A DNA stretch of 54,761 nucleotides from Candidatus Termititenax persephonae (GTDB lineage: Bacteria > Margulisbacteria > Termititenacia > Termititenacales > Termititenacaceae), in NCBI GenBank assembly GCA_003864475.1, contig BGZO01000004.1, positions 1-54,761 on the forward strand, in the 5' to 3' direction. The position numbers and the translations under genes were made by a program. Shown piece by piece: positions 26,723 to 34,485 of this stretch. How positions within the stretch are numbered: the stretch's first letter is position 1; the number at the start of each line of letters is the position of its first letter. Below the pieces are notes generated by a model, which was not told where the DNA came from, searched no databases, and saw nothing but the letters and a program-made list of their open reading frames with translations.

Positions 26723-27214
26723 ATGACCATAGCGACAAATCAATTAATCACGGCGAGCGACATGACGGCCGCCCTGAACACCAAGGAGCAGGTGGTCAAC
26801 AGGGTCGACGCGGTTGGTTCCTCATCCACGGACGACCAGTACCCGTCCTCCAAGGCGGCCAGTGCCGTAATCAGCTCCATACGCAATGTCTCGCTGAAAG
26901 ACAAAGCCTTGGACAATGCCGTTATACACCTGAACTCCGCCGATGCGGCGAGCATATCCGGGGCAAAGAATTTCAAGACCTCGCCGACGATAGCGAACAC
27001 CGCCACCGAGGCGGGGAATTACAATAACAAGCTGGCCTTCGAGGCACAGTTGTACGCCATTAACAGCCGGGTCGAAAAGACAGTCAGCAAGGTCAGCAAC
27101 TCCAACTGGGCATCGTACAGCAGCAGCGACGACCATTATCCCAGCTGCGCGGCTGTCTATAAGGCCATAGAGGACTTGAAAAGTACACTGCGCACGGCGG
27201 GGATGATTGATTAG
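26723..27214 (+). CDS. Fibre-family protein B1 (short member)
   Basis: ITASDMTAALNTKEQVVNRVD...DQYPSSKAASAVI and DDHYPSCAAVYKAIEDL mark it as a family member. A G6 Shine-Dalgarno tract precedes it. Confidence 0.7.
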   Translation: MTIATNQLITASDMTAALNTKEQVVNRVDAVGSSSTDDQYPSSKAASAVISSIRNVSLKDKALDNAVIHLNSADAASISGAKNFKTSPTIANTATEAGNYNNKLAFEAQLYAINSRVEKTVSKVSNSNWASYSSSDDHYPSCAAVYKAIEDLKSTLRTAGMID

Positions 27215-27257
27215 GCAGGGTTTTATTTTGACTTGATTTTTTCTGGGGGGGAGAAAT

Positions 27258-28091
27258 ATGGCAGGTAATTACAGCAGGACATACGACGGGATAGCGAAGG
27301 GCAGCTCCCTCAGCGCGGCAAAGACGTGTGCGGCGCTAAACCTCCTAGAGCAGACGGCATACAGGGATACGACGGTCGGCAGCAGCGCAGACAGGTATCC
27401 GACCGTCAAGGCGATACAGGATGCCGGGCTGGAGGGCGAAATCAATGCCCGAGCCGCCGACAGCGCCGTCCTGCACAGGACAGACAATAAGACGGAGACG
27501 ATATCCGTGGCGAAGACCTTTACCGCCATGCCGTCCGTACCGATAAAGGCTTCGACACCGGGAAACAACCTGACGACCATAGCCACGGAGGCGCAACTCT
27601 ACAATGTCTACAATGGCACGGAGAAGACGGGTAATAAAAAAAGCACCATCACCGCCAGCAGCACCAACACGGAATACCCCACGTGCAGCGCCGTGTCCAA
27701 CGCGCTGAATACCGTGATAGGATTGATTAAGAACGAGATTACTTTTTACCCGAGCGATTTATATACTGCCAGCTCGACAAAACTTCCCGTTAATAGGACC
27801 ACCCGGACGATTACTTGGAACATCGGGACGATTAGAAGTAAGGACGTAAAAAAAACAACGATTCTCGACGGTGGCTATGCCATGCTTGGTCACATCACGT
27901 GTTGCGCACCTCAGGAGAACATGGTATTTACCGTCTATACCACCAGCAATGGCAACGCACACTCCGGTCAAAGTGCCACGCTGACCATCGATATTTACGG
28001 TAGGGTCATGCTCTCCAATGTTTTATACTGTACCGCGCATCCCGGCATCGCGACTATTTATTACAACACATCAATCAGCTGGACATATTAG
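27258..28091 (+). CDS. Fibre-family protein B2 (N-module plus unknown beta-rich C-terminal domain)
   Basis: MAGNYSRTYDGIAKGSSLSAAKTCAALNLLEQTA...DRYPTVKAIQDA and TEYPTCSAVSNAL mark it as a family member. I did not recognise the C-terminal 110 or so aa. Confidence 0.7.
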   Translation: MAGNYSRTYDGIAKGSSLSAAKTCAALNLLEQTAYRDTTVGSSADRYPTVKAIQDAGLEGEINARAADSAVLHRTDNKTETISVAKTFTAMPSVPIKASTPGNNLTTIATEAQLYNVYNGTEKTGNKKSTITASSTNTEYPTCSAVSNALNTVIGLIKNEITFYPSDLYTASSTKLPVNRTTRTITWNIGTIRSKDVKKTTILDGGYAMLGHITCCAPQENMVFTVYTTSNGNAHSGQSATLTIDIYGRVMLSNVLYCTAHPGIATIYYNTSISWTY

Positions 28092-28100
28092 GGGGGATTT

Positions 28101-29357
28101 ATGGCACGGAACTCTTACAGCGACAGTTACAACGGGATAACGGCCGGGAACAGGGCCAAGGCCTCCGACATCAACAATGCCCTGGCCAAGATGCAGAATG
28201 TGAGCGACAAGCTGACATCTGCCACGACCAACGCGGACTCATACGCCAGCTTCACTGCCAACTCCGCCAACCACAACATGTACCCCTCGGCCAAGCTGCT
28301 CCACATGGTCAAGGGTCATCTGGACTCGCTGATCCCGTCCAAGGCCGATGACAGTACGGTCGCGCATCTGGCGGGTAGCGAGGACATCTATGGGCAGAAG
28401 CATTTCTCCGTGGCGCCCACGGTGCCGACCAAGGGCAACATCCCGGCAAATGCCAACGGCACGACAATCCCGACGACACAAGCCCAAGTATATGCGGTAA
28501 ACAATGCCAATCTTGAACTCACGAGCAACAGGGTGGACAGCTCCGCCTGGAATAATAACAATACCAGCATGACTAAATACCCCACGTGCAGGGCCGTGCA
28601 GGCCGCCATAGACAGTATTGACGCAAGTGGTTTTCCGACACCTCCGGATCCCCCGCCACCAACACCAGCACCGACACTGGGACCAGCAGCACCATCGACA
28701 AAGTTTATCTTCACCGGAGATGTTCAAATATTTACCGTACCAGAAGACGGCACGTATAGGCTTGAGGTCTGTGGCGCACAGGGAGGGAATGTTAATAATT
28801 ATTTTGGCGGTAAGGGTGGCTACACAAAATGTAATATATCCTTGACCACAGGTAACACACTTTACGTCTATGTCGGTGGCCAAGGCGGCTATAACGGCGG
28901 CGGCGTATCGACTGGTAACGGTAAAGGTACGCTTTATGGTGGTGGCGCTACCGATATACGTCTTGGAGGACAAAATTTAACCAATCGTATAATCGTGGCA
29001 GGCGGTGGTGGCGGTGCGGGGAGCAGCATAGACGGCGGTCCAGGAAATGATGACTCACATATTAATTCATCGCTGGGAATCGGCTCCAGCTATGGCCATG
29101 GTTGTTCCAATAATGTAGGTGCGGGCGGTGGAGGTTTGCATGGCGGACTATCCGGGTCTGACAGCGGTGGTGCGATTGCAAAGGGCTATGGCGGTTCTGG
29201 TGGTTTTGTCGGAAACGCAACCGACGGTTCCGCGGAGACAGGCATACGTGAAGGCGATGGCATAGCCAGAATAACGCTACTGTCGGAGGGTCCACTCTGG
29301 GTGCCGGATGAGGGTCCACTCTGGGAGGATGGGATTCTCGCGGAGGAGACTCTCTAG
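28101..29357 (+). CDS. Fibre-family protein B3: N-module, Pro-rich linker and ALK/LTK-type glycine-rich domain
   Basis: MARNSYSDSYNGITAGN...MYPSAKLL and TKYPTCRAVQAAI form the N-module. The linker reads PTPPDPPPPTPAPT. It is followed by FTVPEDGTYRLEVCGAQGG..GGKGGYTKCNISLTTGNTLYVYVGGQGG...GGGATDIRL...NRIIVAGGGGGAG, the pattern of the Gly_rich (PF12810-like) family. Confidence 0.7.
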   Translation: MARNSYSDSYNGITAGNRAKASDINNALAKMQNVSDKLTSATTNADSYASFTANSANHNMYPSAKLLHMVKGHLDSLIPSKADDSTVAHLAGSEDIYGQKHFSVAPTVPTKGNIPANANGTTIPTTQAQVYAVNNANLELTSNRVDSSAWNNNNTSMTKYPTCRAVQAAIDSIDASGFPTPPDPPPPTPAPTLGPAAPSTKFIFTGDVQIFTVPEDGTYRLEVCGAQGGNVNNYFGGKGGYTKCNISLTTGNTLYVYVGGQGGYNGGGVSTGNGKGTLYGGGATDIRLGGQNLTNRIIVAGGGGGAGSSIDGGPGNDDSHINSSLGIGSSYGHGCSNNVGAGGGGLHGGLSGSDSGGAIAKGYGGSGGFVGNATDGSAETGIREGDGIARITLLSEGPLWVPDEGPLWEDGILAEETL

Positions 29358-29777
29358 GTGTCGGCCTCGCTGACGGAGATACAAATCACTTGGTACAATG
29401 CCGTGAGGAAATGCATCGAACAGACGCACGCCGCCTCTGACGTGCCGACCGACGTGAAGTCCGACATGACCGCCAATGGGTACACAGCCAGCGCCACTGA
29501 GGCAAACTGCATCGCCTATCAGGACACATACGCCCCCGGCAAGAGAATGGTCTACCGCCTGCTGACGGAGGCGGAGTGGATAGAGTGCTATAAGACGGGC
29601 AAGCTGAACTCCCACCCCCAATTCGAATGGGTCGGGGATGCTTATGATTTTTCTCGTCGTGTTTTGCGTATTTATGATAATCCTACTAATCGATCTAATG
29701 ACTCTCCCGGCGATGATTACTTCAACTACTACAGCATCTACAACAGCTACGGTTTTAGGCTTGCCAGGATTGTTTAA
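29358..29777 (+). CDS. Fibre-family protein B4: stand-alone minimal C-type-lectin/FGE-like domain
   Basis: The GTG start immediately follows the B3 TAG and is in the same frame, with GGAGGAG 9 nt upstream. TWYNAVRKC, YRLLTEAEWIEC, FEWVGD and YGFRLARIV parallel the FGE-domain landmarks. The protein is homologous to the C-terminal domain fused in E1. Confidence 0.65.
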   Translation: MSASLTEIQITWYNAVRKCIEQTHAASDVPTDVKSDMTANGYTASATEANCIAYQDTYAPGKRMVYRLLTEAEWIECYKTGKLNSHPQFEWVGDAYDFSRRVLRIYDNPTNRSNDSPGDDYFNYYSIYNSYGFRLARIV

Positions 29778-29832
29778 GAGTTCAAGCTTGCAGTTGGTCA
29801 CGAAAAAACAGCTCTTGTGTTAAAATATTTTT

Positions 29833-30987
29833 ATGAAATATTTGATTCTTATCGGTGATGGCATGTCTGGCCGCCCGCTGACCAGTCTCGGCAGTCAGAC
29901 CACATTAGAAACCGCCAGGACACCCAATATTGACAAGCTGCTGTCCGCCGGGCTGACCGGGCTGGTACAAAACGTGCCGCATGGCCTGAAGCCCGGTTCA
30001 GACGTGGCCAATATGTCCATTTTCGGGTACGACCCGCGAAAATACTATTCGGGACGCGCACCGCTCGAGGCCGCCGCCATGGGCATCCGGCTCGGCAGAG
30101 GCGACGTGGCCTTCCGTTGTAACCTCGTTACTATCAGGGACGGCAAGATGCAGGACTTCACCGCCGGACATATTCCGACTAAGGCCGCCAGACGGCTCCT
30201 CAAAAAAATCAACAAAAAATTGGGCGACGCGCGTGTCAAATTTTATCCCGGCGTAAGCTACCGCCATCTCTGCGTCATCAAGAACGGCAACCTAAAAGTC
30301 AAATGCACTCCGCCGCATGACATCACGGGGCGGAGCGTTAAAAAATATTTGCCGCCGGATGCCCTACTGCAAAGGCTGATGACCGTTTCGCAAGAAATTT
30401 TGGCACCAGAAAAAACCAAGGCCACCCAAATCTGGCTGTGGGGACAGGGCCAGGCCCCGAAGCTGGTCTCTCTTGCCAAGAAATACAAATTGCGCGGCGC
30501 GGTCATCACGGCGGTCGACCTCATCAAAGGCCTTGGGCATTACGCCGGATTGAAACCGCTTAAAATCACGGGCGCGACCGGGTTCCTCGACACCAACTAC
30601 GCGGGCAAGGCGCGGGCAGCGCTACGGACCCTGCGCCGACAAGACATCGTGCTGGTGCATGTCGAGCCGCCCGACGAGTGCGGGCATATGGGCGACAGCA
30701 AATTAAAAATTCGCGCGATTGAAGATTTTGACCGCAAAATAGTCGGCCCTATCATCAACGCGCTGTTCAGGCAAAAGACCCCGTTCCGCGTACTTATCCT
30801 GCCCGACCATCCCACGCCGATTTGCCTGAAAACCCATTCCGGCGAGCCGGTGCCTTTTGTTTATTTTGACTCGGCCAAGCCGCGCCCGCGCTGTCCGCGG
30901 AAATACTCGGAAAAGACCGCCCGGCAAACGGGGCTTTATATCCCGCACGGACACGAGCTGCTGGGAAAACTATATGCCGGTTTTTGA
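29833..30987 (+). CDS. apgM: Cofactor-independent phosphoglycerate mutase, ApgM type
   Basis: 384 aa. MKYLILIGDGMSGRPL and HVEPPDECGHMGD are metalloenzyme-superfamily motifs. Confidence 0.8.
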   Translation: MKYLILIGDGMSGRPLTSLGSQTTLETARTPNIDKLLSAGLTGLVQNVPHGLKPGSDVANMSIFGYDPRKYYSGRAPLEAAAMGIRLGRGDVAFRCNLVTIRDGKMQDFTAGHIPTKAARRLLKKINKKLGDARVKFYPGVSYRHLCVIKNGNLKVKCTPPHDITGRSVKKYLPPDALLQRLMTVSQEILAPEKTKATQIWLWGQGQAPKLVSLAKKYKLRGAVITAVDLIKGLGHYAGLKPLKITGATGFLDTNYAGKARAALRTLRRQDIVLVHVEPPDECGHMGDSKLKIRAIEDFDRKIVGPIINALFRQKTPFRVLILPDHPTPICLKTHSGEPVPFVYFDSAKPRPRCPRKYSEKTARQTGLYIPHGHELLGKLYAGF

Positions 30988-31297
30988 TTTTGTCTGCCGC
31001 CGTTGCCAAGAAAATTTTTCCGAACTGGTCTGTGGCGGCGAGAAAACAGCCTGTCCCCGCTGTGGGGCGGACAATCCCCAGAAATTATTTTCCGGCTTCC
31101 ATACCATCTCTGACGCGACCAGATTGGAGACCGGAGCCGCCGACCTGCCGACCATGGAGCAATGGGAAAAAGCGCGGCAGACCAAGCCCTCGGACAGCGG
31201 ACGGAACCGAAGCGTCCGCCAACCCCGAGATAAAGTGAAACGTTTATCCCTGAAAGACCTCAAGCCGCGCCCGGCAGTGCAGAGAAGAACACGCTGA
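30974..31297 (+). CDS. FmdB-family zinc-ribbon protein
   Basis: I chose the start at MPVFDFVCRRCQENFSELVCGGEKTACPRCGA, which has two CxxC pairs. The upstream extension of the longest ORF overlaps apgM. Confidence 0.7.
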   Translation: MPVFDFVCRRCQENFSELVCGGEKTACPRCGADNPQKLFSGFHTISDATRLETGAADLPTMEQWEKARQTKPSDSGRNRSVRQPRDKVKRLSLKDLKPRPAVQRRTR

Positions 31298-31673
31298 CCA
31301 CCTCGCAACCTTTTTGTTTGCGGAGATAATGCCGCAATATTTTCAACGTGGCTTTCTGCGCCTTGATATCCAGCCGATTAAAGACCCGCGCCAGCTCGGA
31401 AAATTCCCGTCGCCGCACGGCTCTCTCTCTGACCGCTAGTTTTTCCACATCCCGAAACCAAGCCTCCAGCGGTATGCCATAAGTCTCACTGATTTGGAAA
31501 AGTGTAACCATGCGCGGCAAAGTCCGGCCTTTGTAAATGCTGTAAAACGAAGCGTAATCTAGGCCGATTTCATAAGCCATTTCTTCCAGCGAATATCCGT
31601 TCTTTTCTTTGATTTGTTTTAGTTTCCCGCACATCAGAGTTTTTAGTCTTTTTTCTATCTCGCTTTTTTCCAT
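31260..31673 (-). CDS. XRE-type HTH regulator R2 (fibre-locus-associated paralog family)
   Basis: The start is at MEKSEIEKRLKTL, after AGGTGG. The protein carries SLEEMAYEIGLDYASFYSIYKGRTLPRMVTLFQISETYGIPLEAWFRD and FNRLDIKAQKATLKILR. Its 3' end overlaps the convergent zinc-ribbon gene by 38 nt. Confidence 0.8.
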   Translation of the reverse strand: MEKSEIEKRLKTLMCGKLKQIKEKNGYSLEEMAYEIGLDYASFYSIYKGRTLPRMVTLFQISETYGIPLEAWFRDVEKLAVRERAVRRREFSELARVFNRLDIKAQKATLKILRHYLRKQKGCEVVSVFFSALPGAA

Positions 31674-31763
31674 TTGCCACCTGCTTAAAGAAAGTTTAGT
31701 CAGCTTCCCAAAATTACTACATGGTAAATACATCAATAAATAATTATTGCTTTTTACTACAAG

Positions 31764-31774
31764 ATATGCTATAA
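31764..31774 (+). promoter_or_regulatory. -10 element (TATGCTATAAT) for D1
   Basis: It lies 38 nt upstream of the D1 ATG, the same spacing as in the other fibre loci. Confidence 0.45.
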
Positions 31775-31812
31775 TTTTTTCAGTAAGTAAGTTTTCTTTG
31801 GGGGGAATGGTT

Positions 31813-32793
31813 ATGGCAAATGATTATGGCGACCAAGCAAAATATAAGGCGGAGCCTTATAACATAGATTCCGAGAAGAGGATTACGGCCTCGGGCATGA
31901 GGACGGCCCTAGGGACGAAAGAGGACGTGGCGAACAAGAAAGATACCCTCGCCAACAGTTCCACAGAGTATCCGTCATCCGCGGCTGTCTACGCGCACAC
32001 GTCCAATAAAAACAACCCGCACGGCGTAACCAAGGCGCAGGTGGGCCTGGGCAGCGCGGACAATACGAGCGACGCGAACAAGCCTATCTCGACGGCGACA
32101 CAAACCGCGCTGAACGGCAAGCAGGCCCTGCTCCCCGTCGGCACGATACTGATGTATGACGGCACGGGCTGGGCGGACAACAGCACGTTGCCCGGCTGGT
32201 ACCAGTGCAACGGTAAGAACGGCACGCCAGATTTGCGGGACAAGTTCATCCGCGGCGGCAGAAGCGGTGAAAACATGGCGCGCGGCGGGACGGGCGGCGC
32301 GGACAGCCGGAGCATAACCCTACAGAAGGTCAACCTGCCGAGCCACAATCATAGTCTGACCGCCCTGACGCTGGGTAACGAGTCGGCGCACACACACTCC
32401 GTCTCGGCCACCACGGACACCAAGACACACAGCCATACATTTAGTGGAAACAATCTCTCCGGGGATACTCCATATTTTCAAATGGATTATTCAAGAACGG
32501 GTACTAATAATACAAATGGAATTATAACCAGCACGACCCAAGTAGGCGGTTCGACTGATAGCGGCGGCGGACATGACACTTGCGCTTCTTTTTCAATAAG
32601 CTTTACCCCTTCTGGCACAATCAACGGCAACGGCAGCCACGCGCATAGCTTTACCGCGACCAGCGGTGCCGGGAGCGGACACACGCACAGCCTGTCCAGC
32701 TCGACAATCAGCAATACCGGCTCCGGCACGGCGTTCACCGTCGACACCGTACCGACTTACTATTCCATGATTTATATCAGGAGATGCGCGTAG
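31813..32793 (+). CDS. Fibre-family protein D1: N-module, phage-fibre GLG..NTSD..KP motif, tail-collar domain and His-x-His repeats
   Basis: I chose the start at MANDYGDQAKYKAEPYNI by comparison with E1 and E2, after a G7 tract. It carries ITASGMRTALGTKEDVANKKDT...EYPSSAAVYAHT, AQVGLGSADNTSDANKPISTATQTALNGK, and GTILMYDGTGW..PGWYQCNGKNGTPDLRDKFIRGG (Phage_Tail_Collar-like). The His-rich part reads SHNHS, AHTHSVS, THSHTFS, SHAHSFT, GHTHSLS. Confidence 0.8.
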   Translation: MANDYGDQAKYKAEPYNIDSEKRITASGMRTALGTKEDVANKKDTLANSSTEYPSSAAVYAHTSNKNNPHGVTKAQVGLGSADNTSDANKPISTATQTALNGKQALLPVGTILMYDGTGWADNSTLPGWYQCNGKNGTPDLRDKFIRGGRSGENMARGGTGGADSRSITLQKVNLPSHNHSLTALTLGNESAHTHSVSATTDTKTHSHTFSGNNLSGDTPYFQMDYSRTGTNNTNGIITSTTQVGGSTDSGGGHDTCASFSISFTPSGTINGNGSHAHSFTATSGAGSGHTHSLSSSTISNTGSGTAFTVDTVPTYYSMIYIRRCA

Positions 32794-33743
32794 TTTGTCG
32801 AGAGTTGCGGTTTGAGCAGTTTCTCTAAGCCTGCATAATCATCGATAGTATTTATCTCCCGCCGCAGCTCCGCCGCACCGGAAAAACTGCTGATATACCG
32901 TGCCGCAAATTTACGCATCTCGGCAATGGCTTGGCGTTCGTTGGCAGGTCTGTACTGCAGGAGCCGCCGCGTGTGCGCCAAATATACCTCGATGCGCTGG
33001 CGCAGCGACGGTCTGACCTCAGTGGGTGCAAAAATCCACGGATTGCCGATTGACGCGCGGGCAACCATTACCGCGTCGCAACCTGTCTGCCGCAGCATTG
33101 CCGCAATGTCCGCCCGGGTTTTAATGTCGCCGTTGCCAATCACAGGGATTTTCAAGGCCTGTTTTAATTCCTTGATTTTTGTCCAGTCTGCCGCGCCTGT
33201 GTAAGACTGTTGTCTCGTGCGCGCGTGGAGCGTAACCGCCGCCGCGCCAGCTTGTTCGGCGATTTTGCCCAGCTCCACAAAATTCAAGCTTTGGCTGTCC
33301 CAGCCCAGCCGAAACTTGACCGTAACTGGCACTGGCGACTTGGCCACAGTCAGCTCAATAATTTCTTTGGCCAAATCCAGATTCCGCATCAGGGCCGCGC
33401 CAGAACCAGAACTGACGACCTTGCGCACCGGACAACCCATATTAATATCGATGCAGGCAAAGCCGGAATGTTCCGCCAAAAAATCCGTCGCCTTGGCAAA
33501 CTCTTCAGGATTTTTGCCAAAGAGTTGGACGGCCACCGGGCAGTCCTTGCCAAGGTCGAGATAATGCAGGGTCTTGCGGTTTTGCCGCGCCAAGCCGGAC
33601 ACCGAAATCATCCCGGTATAAGTCAGCCCCGCACCGTATGCCGTAGTAATCTCACGAAAAACTAAATCAGAAATCCCGGACAGCGGCGCGGACAATATGT
33701 TGTTCTTCAGGGTTAAGCCGCCAATTCTAAATTGACTGTCCAT
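32772..33743 (-). CDS. dus: tRNA-dihydrouridine synthase
   Basis: I chose the start at MDSQFRIGGLTLKNNILSAPLSGISD. The protein has a Dus TIM-barrel (IDINMGCPVRKV). The upstream part of the 497-aa ORF is antisense to the surA-like gene. Confidence 0.85.
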   Translation of the reverse strand: MDSQFRIGGLTLKNNILSAPLSGISDLVFREITTAYGAGLTYTGMISVSGLARQNRKTLHYLDLGKDCPVAVQLFGKNPEEFAKATDFLAEHSGFACIDINMGCPVRKVVSSGSGAALMRNLDLAKEIIELTVAKSPVPVTVKFRLGWDSQSLNFVELGKIAEQAGAAAVTLHARTRQQSYTGAADWTKIKELKQALKIPVIGNGDIKTRADIAAMLRQTGCDAVMVARASIGNPWIFAPTEVRPSLRQRIEVYLAHTRRLLQYRPANERQAIAEMRKFAARYISSFSGAAELRREINTIDDYAGLEKLLKPQLSTNYAHLLI

Positions 33744-33774
33744 AAAAACACTATAGTATGTTAAAATAGGGCAT

Positions 33775-34485
33775 ATGCGCAAGCTGGCATTTTTGTTCTG
33801 TCTCGTCTTTCTATGCCGCTCCGTCAGCTCGGCTGTGCCGTATGCCGCCAAGGTCAACGGTGCCATCATCCCGCTGGACACATTCGAGACGGCGCTCATT
33901 GTCGCCAAGAACACCTTGACCGCCCAGAACAGTCTCGATCCCGAATCCGCCGAAGGCAGATTTATCCTGGCGACCACGCAACGGTCGATACTGGACGACA
34001 TGATTAACCAAGAATTAATCCACCAGCAGGCAGAAAAAATGAATATCCAAGTTACCACGGCAGACGTAACGGAAGAGATTGCCCGCCTGCGTTCTGGTTT
34101 TCCGTCGCAAGAATTATTCGAGGAAACTCTGGCACAGGAGCATATCAATTCGGAGGAGCTGGCCGCCGGAGTCCGTGCGCGCTTGGTCTCAGAAAAAATC
34201 AAAAAACTGCTGGCCAGAAAATCCGCCGTTTCCGACAAAGAATTAAGCGGTTTCTTGAAAAACAATCAGGAACTTTTCCCGGAGGAACAGGGCGATTCGG
34301 ACGAGGCGCGCAAGTATCTGATTCGCAAAAAAGAAAACGAGATTTTTGACCGTTGGTTTGCCAAAATCCGCAGTGCGGCCAAGATTGAAATCAACCCCGA
34401 CCTGCTGGCCGGAGACGATTTAGTCGCCCCGCCGGGAGACGACCAGCCTTTGCCTGACAAGACCATCAGCAATGGAAGAGTTTAA
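33775..34485 (+). CDS. SurA N-terminal-domain periplasmic chaperone-like protein
   Basis: It has a signal peptide and a SurA_N-like region (AAKVNGAIIPLDTFE...ILDDMINQELIHQQA). No parvulin domain is evident. Confidence 0.55.
   Translation: MRKLAFLFCLVFLCRSVSSAVPYAAKVNGAIIPLDTFETALIVAKNTLTAQNSLDPESAEGRFILATTQRSILDDMINQELIHQQAEKMNIQVTTADVTEEIARLRSGFPSQELFEETLAQEHINSEELAAGVRARLVSEKIKKLLARKSAVSDKELSGFLKNNQELFPEEQGDSDEARKYLIRKKENEIFDRWFAKIRSAAKIEINPDLLAGDDLVAPPGDDQPLPDKTISNGRV

Noticed and set aside
30857-30973. An upstream extension of the zinc-ribbon ORF (the 146-aa version).
   Set aside because: The extension lies inside the apgM coding region in another frame. The FmdB-type signature MPxFxFxCxxC begins at the ATG at 30974.
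31314-31341. A possible fourth copy of the fic-flanking motif inside the R2 coding region (TGCGGAGAT-AATG-CCGCAATAT).
   Set aside because: Both 9-mers of the motif are present, but in swapped order, and they lie inside a conserved coding helix (KILRHYLRK). This may reflect a shared GCGG/CCGC hairpin core rather than homology, and the evidence is too weak to call.
20163-32793. A prophage or phage tail module, suggested by tail-fibre motifs, tail-collar domains and XRE repressor-like genes.
   Set aside because: I could recognise no capsid, portal, terminase, tail tube, sheath, tape-measure, baseplate, holin, endolysin or integrase ORF. Each cassette is only 1.5-3.6 kb and is flanked directly by housekeeping genes.
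32772-34265. A 497-aa ORF on the minus strand.
   Set aside because: Only the C-terminal 323 aa, from MDSQFRIGG at 33743, are Dus-like. The N-terminal extension is antisense to the well-supported surA-like gene and has no recognisable features.
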